A DNA stretch of 64,000 nt from a virus (taxonomy: Duplodnaviria > Caudoviricetes): the IMG/VR virus record IMGVR_UViG_3300001487_000119, positions 128,001 to 192,000 of that record. One strand, 5' to 3'. Below the pieces are notes generated by a model. That model made no database searches, was not told the origin of the DNA, and saw nothing but the letters and a program-made list of their open reading frames with translations. A program made the position numbers and the translations under genes. Shown here piece by piece: positions 1 to 12,157 of this stretch. Each line of letters opens with the position of its first letter. Positions within the stretch are counted from its first letter, which is position 1.

Positions 1-1
1 T

Positions 2-871
2 GAAATAGAACAAGGAAGTTAGGCTGATAATATTGGAAAAAAATTACAATAGTCTACAGAAGATCTTGCAAAAGAAAAAGTATCTAATGCTGCTTTGGGT
101 GCTGCAGATATTGTTGCATCTACTGGTATTAATGTCGGTGTCGGTTCAACTGATTAGATTATTGCAGATAATATCAGTGCGGCTATGAAATTAGCAGGCC
201 GTGAAGGATTAACAAATTTAGCAAATAATCTATAGGGATATACACATAATTTAACTGAAATGGGATTAAATACACCGGAAGAACTTGTTAATATATTATT
301 AGAACAAATAAATGAAGTTTTAGCAGAAGGCGGTGTAATAGACCAAATCAGTAAAAGCATGGCTATTGCAAAAAATATAACAGATGCAACTCAACAAGGT
401 TTACAAATTGCATCATCCGGTATAACTATTGCAGGTAATATTAGTAAACTTATGACATAGTTAAATAAAATGCAAGATGTCGAAGTTACATGTATACCGT
501 CTATTAAAGATTCAACTAGTGCATTTGCCGCTTCAATATTAGATCAGATAGTTGCACAATATACCGCACTTAAAGAATAGTTAATAATTTTTTATAATGC
601 AATGATTTGTACATCAAATGATTCTGTTATTGATAATATAGTTGTGTCTATAAATTCAATATTAACTACATTAGAACCTTTATTAGATCAATTATTAAAA
701 CAATATACAGGATTTACTGTAAGCGAAGTTAGAAATATTTGTAATCAGGGTTTTGCATATATTGGGATGATTGAACGTGCAGCAGCAAGAAAGCAATATG
801 AAGAAACAGAAAATATAGAAAACACTGATACAAATACAGAAGAAAATAGAGAAACTACTGAAAATAATTAA
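2..871 (+). CDS. Late/virion-associated helical protein, 5'-truncated by the window edge (TAG read-through)
   Basis: Frame is open from position 2 to TAA 869-871 if TAG=Gln, joining ORF-track pieces 260-460 and 602-871; stop overlaps the next ATG (TAATG). Confidence 0.75.
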
Positions 872-2919
872 TGAAATATTTTAAATTTGAATAGTTTGCA
901 ATATCTAATACAGCTAAAAGACTGGGTATAGATAATTCTGTTCCATTAAAATTTTAGCCTAGAGCTGCTGAATTAGTTGATACTATATTAGATCCTTTGC
1001 GTGAAGCATGGGGTTCTGATATTGATATGACATCTGGTTATCGTTGTGAAGAATTAAACAATGCAATCGGTGGTTCAAAAACATCAGCGCATTCTCACGT
1101 ATATGCAGCAGATTTGGTACCGTCAAATGGTAAAGTTGAAGAATTTAAAGAATTTACCATGCATTGGTTGTATGACAATAATATTAAATTTGACCAATAT
1201 ATTAATGAATATAAAGGTAATAGTTCATGGGTTCATATCGGCATTAGAAATGGTAGTGGCCAACAACGTCAACAATATAAATTATTTTATGGCGGAAAAT
1301 ATACTAAAATTGATCCTAATACATTTACTAGTATAAAAAATCGTAATATGTCTGGACAACCTAATAATATTAATAAAGTTGATTCAGATACACAGGTGAC
1401 ATCTATTGTATAGCAAGAAGTAAATCCTACAGTAGCTGCTACAACATATGATAATAATTTTACAACCGGCGGCGGTAATACACAAACAGGTTCCACTGCT
1501 GGATTATTAACTGCTTTTGATGATATATATTTAAAAAATATATCAAATAAAGATAATAATACAAATGATAGTGTTGATAATGAACAAATTAAATCTAATA
1601 GTATATATTAGAAAGATGATAATGGAGATCCAATATTAAATGAATATGGTAATCCTACAGTAACTGATGATTATTTATATGAATTTGATGAGGATGATGA
1701 TATGATTGATGATATGGAAGTTCCAAATGCGGATGAAGTATATCCTGTATTATCACAATCAATACAACAAAATAATTTATCAAATAATTCAACACAAAAT
1801 AGTTCAGTATCAAATATTAATAATGTTCCATCAGCTGTTGATATTGAAGATAAAAATGCTAATACACCAGAAGCTAAAAAATTATTAGAGGATATCCGTA
1901 GAAAACGAAATCTGGAGAAATGGAATTTAAAATCACAAGATTTACCATTAGCAGAAGCAAAAGCAGAATTATATAAATGGCTTCAGGGACAATCAATCAT
2001 TTTATAGAATGCTTTTTATATTCTTATATTTAAAGATATGATTGACAGAATAAAAACATTAATCGAACAATTACAAAATACATCTCAAATGAATATGGTA
2101 ACATTATTAAATTCATTAAATGATGTTATAAGTATATTTAATGATTTGGGAATAACACCGGATGCTGAAGGTATAGATATGCAAGATTTAAAAAATCTTG
2201 GTATGGCAGTAGTCGGAACGCTTGCTGATACCGGTGTTAATATAGGTAATCAAGTTTATAATAATTCAATGCAATATACACAAAATAATATAAATGCATC
2301 AATTGCAGAACTTAGAAATCAAACTGGACTTATAATAGATTCTGATATTATCGGTAAATCACAAAATATTGTTGCCGGCGCAACTGAAATGGGAAATGAA
2401 TTAGGAATGTCTGTAGCAGAAGCATCAAAAACAATAAATTCATCTGATAATAAGATTGGTAGTATACAAGTACCGACAATTGCTAAAGCCACTGGTTCTG
2501 ATATAGTTGCTAATATGGTGGATGGCGGAATTAATAATATTATTAATACCGGACAAATTGTAAGTATGCAAAATGTAACAGGTGCCGCAGATGAATTGAA
2601 AAATAGATTTACAAATATATCAAATAATATAAAAGAACCATTTTCATATCAACAATCAAATGACGGTAAAAATATTACAATTGATATCATTATTAATAAA
2701 GATCCGGCATTAAATATTATAAAAATAAATTCATTTCTTAAATCATATACATACGGTAATAATGAACGAATTTTTAATGCAGGTGCTATTAAATATATTA
2801 GAGATACATTTAATCAAGCATGGCAAACAAATGAATATACAACAATATATGTTGATGCTATTGTAGAAGGTATTACAAAACACTATATATTTAATTTTAC
2901 TATAAAAAGAAGTAATTAA
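871..2919 (+). CDS. 682-aa protein with N-terminal Peptidase M15 (Zn D-Ala-D-Ala/L-Ala-D-Glu peptidase-type) domain; TAG-recoded
   Basis: SGYR...SAH-x6-D...WVHIG motifs. Only TAG interrupts the frame from ATG 871 to TAA 2917-2919. Confidence 0.8.
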
Positions 2920-2930
2920 AGAAATAACAG

Positions 2931-5900
2931 ATGAAATATTTTAGTTTATCAGATTTTGAACGTTCTTCAACAGCAGCTAGTTTAAAAATAGACAATTCAC
3001 TTGCACCTGAACATAAACAGCATGCAGAAGAATTTGTTAATAATATTTTAGATCCGTTACGTGAAGCATATGGGTCCGGTATTATTATATCATCTGGTTA
3101 TCGCAGTAAAGCATTAAATACAGAATTACAACGTCGTGCATAGGAAGTTGAAAATAAGCGAGCTGCTGAATAGGGAAGAGCACCACAAAAGTAGAAAAAA
3201 GTTTCAGATTTTTCTGCACATATGACAGGTTGGGCGGCTGATACAAAACCGGCAAATGGAGAATTTGATGCATATAAAGATTTCGTAGTTCATTGGTTAT
3301 ATGATAATAATATATTGTTTGATCAGTGTATTGTCGAGCGTGATGGAAATTCTTAGTGGATACATATCGGTTATAAAAGTTTAAAAGGTGCATAGCGTAG
3401 AGAATTTTTAACATATAATGGAAACAGACAATCACCTAAATATCATAAACTTGTTATTAGTTCAAATACAAATAATATAAATGTTACTGCAATATCTACT
3501 GTATCAAATACATCATAGGTTACTACATTAACATAGCCAACCACTACAACATCAACAACTGTAAATCAACAAAATAATACAATTGCTACAGGTAGCGGAA
3601 ATACACAAATCGGAAATACTGAAGGATTATTAACTGGTACAGCTGTTTATTATGGTGAAAATATAGAAGATATAAAAGTATCAGGAAAAAAGAATAGAGC
3701 TGACAATATTAAGGTTAATAATATAAATGGAAATATTATTGCATGTAATGAAGCTGAAATTAAAAATGATCCGATTTATCAAAAAGATGAAAATGGTGAT
3801 CCAATTTATGATTTGAATGGAAATCCTGCTACATCTGATGATTATATTTTAAATAACGGAACAGAAGGTGAATTAGATGAAATTGAAAATATAAATGAAT
3901 TACCGACAGAATATATTAGTGACGAATTATCTGAAGAGACACTAGAAACATTATAGTTATATGCAGAAATTCAAGGTTTATCTGTTGATAATTTAAATAT
4001 TGATTCAATAAGTAATATTGCAAATATTGCAAATATACCTGATATACCAGATACAACACAAGCAGTATCGCAAATTACAAAAACAAATATACCAATTAAT
4101 GCAACATATATTGAATAGGCATTATAGGGTAAAGTTTTAATGTTTAATGAAGTTCTTAATGTATTTAAAACTATATTACCGGTTATTAATACATTAAAAA
4201 CATTATGTCATTTATTAGAAAATTATTAGATTAATAAAGAACGGGTACGATCAAAACAACGTACAAATCTTGGATAGGCTTTAAGAGATACTGCAACACT
4301 GGTAAAAGGGCTTAGTAATATTATTAATTTAAAAGAAACCAATTTCTTTACAATCAGAACACAAGAAACAGCAGATTGGGCTAAATCAACATTTAAAGAT
4401 GCTATTATAGATAATGAAGGATATATGGTTATCGGTAAAATTAATTCTATTGTTGACGCACTTGCATTAACTACCGGAAATAATACAGATACCGTTGTAT
4501 TAAATACATATTGTTTATTACATAATATAAAACCTGAAATTCCATTAAATTTAACATTAGGAACTAAAATATATTATGATAAATGGGCTATTGAAAACGG
4601 TAATTATAATGATGGTACATTAAATGGACTTGATAATATTGAATATAATCCTGATATTAATGAATTATATACTTCACCAAAATCAACTATATCCAGTGAA
4701 ATTTTACGAGCATAGAAAAAGAAAATAGATCCATATTATATAAATAGTCCAGATATTGAAAATGAAGTTTAGAAGGATGACTATAAAACTTATTTAAAGC
4801 TACTTTCTTTTAAATCTGATGAGTTTGAAGGACAACAGATACTAAATATCAATGATTTAAATTTATGTCCGCCAGAATTAAAAAATGAGCCATTGCCGGA
4901 AAAGAATGCAGTGATTGTTGAATTCGGTGATGAATATACTATGGGTAGTGCCGTAAAATATGATTTAATGGTAAAACCCGGGCAAACAATTAAAAAGGGT
5001 GATATATTAGCATATATTTACAAAGATGTTAAAACTATTAAAAAAGATGAAAACGGTTTACCGATTTTAGATGCTTCCAATAATAAAGAAATTGAAATTA
5101 AGACTGTAAAGAAAACACTTAAAACACAATTTACAGGGGTTGTCAGAGAATCAACAAATGAAATTGATCAATATTATTATCGTTTATATCCATCTGCTAC
5201 AACACCGACCAGACATTTTATTATTGATAATCCAAAATTATGTCCTGTTATTGATTTTGATATTAATAAAATTATTGATTTATAGAAAAAATTTAAGAGA
5301 ACTACCGAGTTAGAAGCATTTATTATAAATTGTATGGTTCCGTCAATATTACCGGTTTTATTATTAAATGCTAAAAGAGATAATGAAATATTTGTATAGC
5401 AATAGGGATCATATTTAACAGGTAATACACAACAACCGACAGATATTTATAGTAAATATAATTCTATAATGAAATCATATGATACATCTATAAATGATTA
5501 TATGAATGAAATTATATCATTAGATTCATCAGATAATATTACAGCTAATGCAGAACATAATGATTCAACTAAAAAAGATGAGAAGGACAGTATTGTAAAT
5601 ATATCTGTATCACATGTTAAACAATTACAAAATGATATATTGTCTGTTAGAAAACAGATGATAGATAAATCTATTGATACATATCAATCAGTATTTAATT
5701 TAAATGATTTAATTGGTGATTATACATATGAAGATTGTGTAGGTCTTGCATATAACAATAATTTTAATTTTTCACGTGAAATTCAGGATGTAAAAGTTGA
5801 ATATAATAATTATTATATAAATTTATTAAAAATTATACCTGATACTGTATCAACAGCACCAGAAATACCATTTGAAATAAATGATGATTTAATAAGCGAA

Positions 5901-7775
5901 ATTAAAAATACTATAAATTTAGCTGAAAATACATCAATGGGTGATGATGCATCTATATTCAATAGTTCATTTTTTGATATTAATAATATAACAAAACAAA
6001 TTGATAATGTTGGTAAAACTGTTATTAATAATCGGACATATTATGCAAATGCAATAGGTAAATTTTCACATGAAACAAATAATACAGATCATGATTATGT
6101 TAAAGAGTATAAAGATTTGATTAAAAATATTATTGATAAGCGTTTAAGTTATGAACATAAAACAAAACAAAATATGATTGGACAATTTAATGAATATTAT
6201 TATAATCATATTAAAAATATAAATGACGCATACAGCAATCTTTATAACAGAGTAAAAGATTATTTGAATAAACCTGACGAAATTTTAAAACAAATTGAAT
6301 AGGATAATGTAAATACAAAAAAAGATGAAAAGAAATATGATGTAAATCAACAAGCATTAACATTGTTTATGTATATTGTTAATTCAGATATAACTGATAT
6401 TACTGCACCTACTAATATAACATCTGAAAAAAATATAGATAAAGCTAATTTAAATATAATTTTAAAATTTATTAAAGAAAAATATATTGATACAGAAAAA
6501 TTAGTATATAAAAATGTTTCATATGATAATATATATGATTTATATAATATTATTATAAAAGAGAATACTACAACAGAAGTATTAAGTGCATATTCAATTG
6601 ATAAAATTAAAGAAAATGCATTAAATACAATTTATGATTTATTAAATAAAACTATAAGTAAAACAACAATTGCATATTTAATTAATGCTGAACAGGTTGT
6701 AAATGGTAACAAAGATACTTTGACTAAATCAGAATTGGCATTTTTTAACAGACAGTTAAACAATTATTATTTTGAAATATTATTAAAAGACGAAGCTGAA
6801 CAAATTATAAATTTCTGGAAAAATGTATTAGTGGCATATAACAGCACCTATAATTTAGATAAAATTACTAAAGAATTACAAGATTATGCTGATAATATGA
6901 ATAGTATTGCAGAATGGCCGCAATCAACTGAGCTTAAAATAGATAATACTACATATGATTTATATACATTTACAAATCCGTATGAAGATCCTAAAGATAT
7001 AGATGATAATCTTCAATATAATAATAGTGTAAAAGAACCTGGAGATGTTAACCTTAATTTAGAAGATATTATAGAACAGAAACACAGTAATATAACAATA
7101 ATGGATTATGAATACTGGTTAGTTTATATGTTAAATGCAACATTAGTTTCAATTCCATTTTTATGTGACGGTTTATGTTCTCCGATTATACCGCCGGTTC
7201 CACTACCGGGAATTTATTTCCCGATTGCACCACCGGTAATGATTCCGGTAGTTAATGTTTTAATGGTATTCGGTATCGCAATACGCGGAATTTGGCCTGC
7301 ACCGATTATATTATTAGTTAATACGACATCTAATAATATTGATGCGACAATATTTATAAGAATGGCTTTAGAAACAGGTAAAAATATTTTTAAAGATTCA
7401 CAAAGTTTAATTGAAAATCAAATACCCGCAATGGTAACTGAGATGATGAATAATTATATTAAAGATAATGAAATTGCACAAAAAGCAGCAGATAAATTCA
7501 GAACATATTCATCAATTATCAGAGCAATTCCGATTGAAGACAAAGCACTTATAGAAAAAGAATTTGAACAAGCATTATTAGATGAAATGAATGAGCAAGA
7601 ATCATTGAACAAAGCTAATGATACATTATTTAATACATAGCAAAAAATGGCGCAAACAAATATTAATACACAAAGAAAAGCTATTAATGGCATAAATAAT
7701 ATTCCTAAAAAACTTGATAGACGACAAAAAATAATTCGAGAAGGTGATTTAGGAAATGGGCATGAACCAATGTAA
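2931..7775 (+). CDS. 1614-aa virion-type protein with N-terminal Peptidase M15 domain and Pro-rich hydrophobic C-terminal region; TAG-recoded
   Basis: SGYR...SAHMTGWAAD...WIHIG. Five ORF-track pieces are in one frame, separated only by TAG; TAA at 7773-7775. Confidence 0.8.
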
Positions 7776-7792
7776 AAAATTAAAATATAGTA

Positions 7793-8473
7793 ATGAACCA
7801 ATTTTTAGATAATATTAAAAACATACGGGATATTAAATCAGTTGATGCCGAAGAAGCTATTATTAAAAGCCTAATGGTTTAGAATAACAGGCAAAATGAA
7901 AAATTAGAGGATTTGGATTCTTATGATTCTGAATCATTGTTTAACGGAAAAATATACAGGGGAAATATGTATATTTTTACATATAATGCTAAAAATCCTA
8001 CAAAATATACATATAAAGGTAAAGATGTTTATTTTTCAGATTTAATGCCTGTAGTTTTAATTACAAATGAAACTTCAACAACTATTAGAGGAATTAATTT
8101 GAATTTTTGTAATAAAGCACTTAAAACATTGATTCTCAATATATTAACTAATATGGATGAAGAATTTTATTTTGATGGGTTGGCACAAAAAATGGCTTTT
8201 AATAAAATTGCGCCAATTTCTGAAAAGGTTTATAGATTTTTATCATCTAATGATGCAGAAGAAAAAATAATTAAAGAATTGAAACGTGATTATCCGGATA
8301 TTGATTATAATATTCTTTTTAGAAATTATGCAGTTACTAATATAAAAGATATTAGATTGATAGAACCGTGGTAGTGGAAATATATTCCATTTCTTAATTA
8401 TGATTCATTTGATAAAGGCGAAACATTAAAAGCAATATAGAAAATATTTGGATTTGATGCAATTCATATTTAA
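7793..8473 (+). CDS. T4 gp2-like DNA end protector protein (TAG-recoded)
   Basis: GNMYIFTYNAK...YFSDLMPVVL...GINLNF resembles the gp2 family pattern; read-through from ATG 7793 to TAA 8471-8473. Confidence 0.6.
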
Positions 8474-8476
8474 AAA

Positions 8477-8500
8477 ATGGAACTTAATTTTAAGTTCCAT
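8477..8500. terminator. Bidirectional intrinsic terminator between convergent genes
   Basis: ATGGAACTTA-ATTT-TAAGTTCCAT perfect inverted repeat. Confidence 0.7.
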
Positions 8501-9306
8501 TATTCGTCTTCCTTAATATATATTGATAATCTGTCATATAATACACCGGATGATAATATTTGCATAAATACATGATATACATCATATTTTGAAAATTTGC
8601 ATTCATTATCTAATAACTATGCAAGCGTATTATATAATCTTGATTTTATTTTATTCTTAATATAAACATCCATCATTGAAGTTGATTCATATAAATACAT
8701 TGGAATTTCATATTCAACTTGATCTTCCAAATCTTCCCAAAAAGTAGTATCATTAATAACGCCATCTGATCCTATTAATGCATTTTTAACCATTTTCTTT
8801 GTAAAAATATTTTTAATATCAATTTCAGTTTCCAATACCAATACAAGTTTATTAAGTATTGCATTATATAATTCTTGATAATCTTTACTTAATTTTACTT
8901 GCTTATTTTCATTGTCTCTGTTATAAAATGTATCAGTTAATGGTAACTCGTCATCATCTAATTCACTCCAGTCTATATCTTCATTAATATGATAATTTTC
9001 ATCTATTAGTTTTTCTGTTTTATTCTAAGTTCCAGTATATGGATAGTCAACATAATCTAAATTATCATGTCCTTTCATCATCTGTTGTATTGGATCATCA
9101 TAACCGCTTAATATATTACAATTATCTATCATTTTTATTGATATACTTAATAGATTATTATAGTCACCAGACAACGCTTCAGATTTATATACGGTAATAG
9201 CGTCTCGTGAATAACCACATTGTTTCATTGCATTAGCGACATAACTTATTATTGCAAATGCATTTCCGTCTATTCCTATTAATGAATATGGATGTCTTTT
9301 TCCCAT
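8500..9306 (-). CDS. Hypothetical protein, 268 aa (TAG-recoded)
   Basis: ORFs 9025-9306 and 8617-8841 are in frame and end in TAG; true stop TAA at 8500-8502. N-terminal domain LIGIDGNAFAII...SGDYNNLL. Confidence 0.7.
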
Positions 9307-9310
9307 TAGT

Positions 9311-9338
9311 AAACTTTATTAAATTTTTATTTTATAAT
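9311..9338 (+). promoter_or_regulatory. Putative middle promoter AAACT-N17-TATAAT
   Basis: Same motif and 16-17 nt spacing recurs about 10 times in the window. Confidence 0.6.
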
Positions 9339-9362
9339 TTATAAATCATTATATTTATTTTA

Positions 9363-10184
9363 ATGGAAAATATTAAACAAAAAATAAAAGAAAAGAACAA
9401 AGAAATAAATCAACTTCTAGAAACTCGAACTATGTCTGTTTCTAAATTAATAGAATATATGCATAAAGAGTTTGATAGAGAGGGCATTGCAAAGAAATGT
9501 TTTGAAAAGGGTTTTAATGATCCAGAATCTAAATATTACAAAATGGATGTTAATGCAATTTTAGAATCATGGGATGCAAAAGCGACGGAATCTAAAAAAT
9601 ATGGTTCTATGATGGATAATTATATTGGAACATTTTTGACAGATCCAGATTATTTAGAAACATGGAAGCTTGATAATAATTATGAATATGATCCTAGAAT
9701 CCATAGTCTCTGTGAAGGATTTAACCAATTTTATAAAGTATTAACAGAAAAAACAGATTATAAATATGTTTGCCGTGAAGAAAAGATGTTTATTAAATCT
9801 AATAAAACAGACGAGTGGATTAATGGACGGTTTGATTGTTTGTTTTATTCTGAAAAATTAAACAAATATTTAGTTATAGATTGGAAAACATCTGGTTCAA
9901 TAGATAAGGAAAACAAATGGGAAAAATTATTCGGACCGCTTTATGACAAAGATGCTTGCAATTTGAATGAATATACAATTCAAGTTCAAATGTATAAAAA
10001 AGCATTATCTGAAGTTTATGAATTAGCACCTCCTGAGAATATAGATGTTTATATCTGTCAATTCTCTATAGAACCGAATGAATTTGGAAACCATTTTCAA
10101 TTATATAATCAAGGTTTTGAATATGACAGTAAAAAATTAGATGATATTATAGAATTTGCATATAAAAAATCCAGAATCAAATAA
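9363..10184 (+). CDS. PD-(D/E)XK superfamily exonuclease (Cas4/RecB-like)
   Basis: GRFDCLF...VIDWKTS...YTIQVQMY motifs. Confidence 0.8.
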   Translation: MENIKQKIKEKNKEINQLLETRTMSVSKLIEYMHKEFDREGIAKKCFEKGFNDPESKYYKMDVNAILESWDAKATESKKYGSMMDNYIGTFLTDPDYLETWKLDNNYEYDPRIHSLCEGFNQFYKVLTEKTDYKYVCREEKMFIKSNKTDEWINGRFDCLFYSEKLNKYLVIDWKTSGSIDKENKWEKLFGPLYDKDACNLNEYTIQVQMYKKALSEVYELAPPENIDVYICQFSIEPNEFGNHFQLYNQGFEYDSKKLDDIIEFAYKKSRIK

Positions 10185-10198
10185 TTCTGGATTTTTTA

Positions 10199-10837
10199 TT
10201 ATTTTCTAAGTGATTTTAGAATATAATTTGGTGATTTTTTAATTCTGGCTTCTAAAACTTTACAATATTTTGTAAATTCATTATTTGTATTTCTATATGT
10301 ATCAGACGTCCACATTCTTACATTAGAAACATCCCAATTTGTTATATCACATCTTAAAGATTGACATCCTTGAAATGTATATAACATTTTTGTTACATGA
10401 GAAACGTCCCATTTAGAAATATCACCATTAAATGTATTTACATTTCTTCCGAATACATTTGGAAACAAATTTGAAAGAGAATCAATTTTTGAAGTATCTA
10501 TCCAATTAAAATTACCTTCCATACCTAAATATTTTGCATTTGCGGCACGGCGTAATATATCTTCTAATTGACTTCTATCCTATACCTATACAATTTTTAA
10601 ATATTTACCTTCAATATCATTATTAAGCTGACCTATTGCCATTTCTTCAAATGTTGTTAATGGACTATCATTATCAACCAATATATGTGAATTTATAAAA
10701 TCTTCAATAAAATTGGTAGTTTTAATTTTACTGTTGACTTGTCCCTAAAGATCCTCTTCATCATCAAATGAATCAAGATTAAAGGCTTCAGCTAAATTAT
10801 ATAATTTATACTTATTATATTTTTGAAAATTAAACAT
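10199..10837 (-). CDS. Leader-bearing BspA/DUF285-like repeat protein (TAG-recoded)
   Basis: FNGDISKWDVSHVT...DITNWDVSNV repeats; N-terminus MFNF...LDSFDDEEDL(TAG)GQVNSK matches the leader of the lectin-fold paralogues. Confidence 0.7.
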
Positions 10838-10991
10838 CTAAATAAAATTGTTATTTTTATTATTTATTTACAAAATAAAAAATGATAGTAAAGGAGACCG
10901 GTACATTCCATTTACTATCATGTGATAATTAAATATATGATTTAGCGTATACTTAAAATATTTTATTAATACGGTAAGAGATCATATTAAA

Positions 10992-11579
10992 TTAAATATC
11001 ATTATATTTATTCCTATATATTTTAATATGTTTATGTAGATCTTTTCTAATTTCAATATTTTCACATGGATTAAATTCCAAATCAATAACACCATTGACA
11101 GTACTTTCTAATAATGGGTTTATATCATTTATTTTATTATTATAAACATATAAATTATGCCCTATTTGTTTCGGCATGCCTTCTAATGAAGTTAAACCGC
11201 ATCCTGCACAAATAAAATCACCATCAACTTCCTTTGGTCCACCTTTTAATGATGTTAAATATGGTTGTCTTTTGCACTTAAAGTCACCATGAATAATATC
11301 TGGAAAATTTTCAAGAGTAGTTAAATTACCTTGAATAAATTTATCATAATTATCAATTATTACATTTCCATAAACTTCATCAATTTTAACTTCAAGTCTG
11401 TCAAATTGATGCGGAATCATAATATTACCATAGACAACAACTTTTCCATCTTCAAGCTTTACTTTGAAATTTTTCCCATATTGTCCATATAAATTTTCAT
11501 ATACCCATTTAACTCGTTCATCATTAAGATAAATCGAGCTGTCTGGTAATACGATAATATTTAATTTATTTGTTTTCAT
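10992..11579 (-). CDS. Phage leucine-rich-repeat-like protein (LTSLxGxPxxVxGDFxC repeats)
   Basis: Three to four repeats such as LTTLENFPDIIHGDFKC and LTSLKGGPKEVDGDFIC. Confidence 0.65.
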   Translation of the reverse strand: MKTNKLNIIVLPDSSIYLNDERVKWVYENLYGQYGKNFKVKLEDGKVVVYGNIMIPHQFDRLEVKIDEVYGNVIIDNYDKFIQGNLTTLENFPDIIHGDFKCKRQPYLTSLKGGPKEVDGDFICAGCGLTSLEGMPKQIGHNLYVYNNKINDINPLLESTVNGVIDLEFNPCENIEIRKDLHKHIKIYRNKYNDI

Positions 11580-11614
11580 AGAAATATATTTTAATTCCTA
11601 TTTTATTTTGTTAC

Positions 11615-11653
11615 TGCAAAATTAATATAAAATATTTAAATTAAAAAATAGAA
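11615..11653 (-). promoter_or_regulatory. Early promoter repeat (copy 1 of 10)
   Basis: TTCTATTTTTTAATTTAA...TAATTTTGCA; contains the Bacteroidota -7 box TAnnTTTG. Confidence 0.7.
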
Positions 11654-11654
11654 A

Positions 11655-12089
11655 TTAAATTTTTTCAGATAATTCTTTAATTATTTGTTCTTTAGAAGAT
11701 AGATGAGATATCCGGCATAAATCACATAAAAATTCTTTTAACTTATATGGTTGGTTATTTTCAAAATATCTGATTATGCCTTCTAATGATGTATCTGGAC
11801 TATTTTCATAATCATAGACTTCATACCCAGATTCTTCTAAATATCCAATAAGTTCATCTTCATCAAAATCTGCTAGAGTTATATCGTCTCTATCTACTAA
11901 ATCATAATCATCTGGATCAATTTCCCATTCTATATTAGAAGTTCTGCTTCGTTCTGCTCGTTTAGCCGCTTTAATATCTGATGCTTGTAATTCTTTTCTA
12001 TCATTTAATTCTTCCTCTAAAATAGATGTAGGAATTTTTTCAATAATATCTTGTGCATCAATATTTATATCTACTGTATGCCAGCTCAT
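11655..12089 (-). CDS. Hypothetical acidic early protein
   Basis: 144-aa ORF with ATG and TAA, no TAG, co-oriented with neighbours. Confidence 0.7.
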   Translation of the reverse strand: MSWHTVDINIDAQDIIEKIPTSILEEELNDRKELQASDIKAAKRAERSRTSNIEWEIDPDDYDLVDRDDITLADFDEDELIGYLEESGYEVYDYENSPDTSLEGIIRYFENNQPYKLKEFLCDLCRISHLSSKEQIIKELSEKI

Positions 12090-12123
12090 AATTAATAATT
12101 ATTAAATTTTTAAAATTATATAC

Positions 12124-12152
12124 AAAAAAGAGGTGTTTGTTTCACCTCTTTA
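12124..12152 (-). terminator. Intrinsic terminator
   Basis: AAAAGAGGTG-TTTGTTT-CACCTCTTTT hairpin with U-tract on the minus strand. Confidence 0.65.
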
Positions 12153-12157
12153 ATTGT

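Noticed and set aside
4965-5020. VKPGQTIKKGDILA as an M23 peptidase or biotinyl domain
   Set aside because: Only the generic barrel-sandwich hybrid motif is present, with no HxxxD/HxH ligands or MKM lysine.
1-8473. Fragmented ORFs suggesting pseudogenes or sequencing errors
   Set aside because: All breaks are in-frame TAG, never TAA/TGA or frameshifts, and they align with Gln in paralogues.
9363-10184. Cas4 of a CRISPR-Cas locus
   Set aside because: No Fe-S cysteine cluster pattern, no other cas genes and no array.
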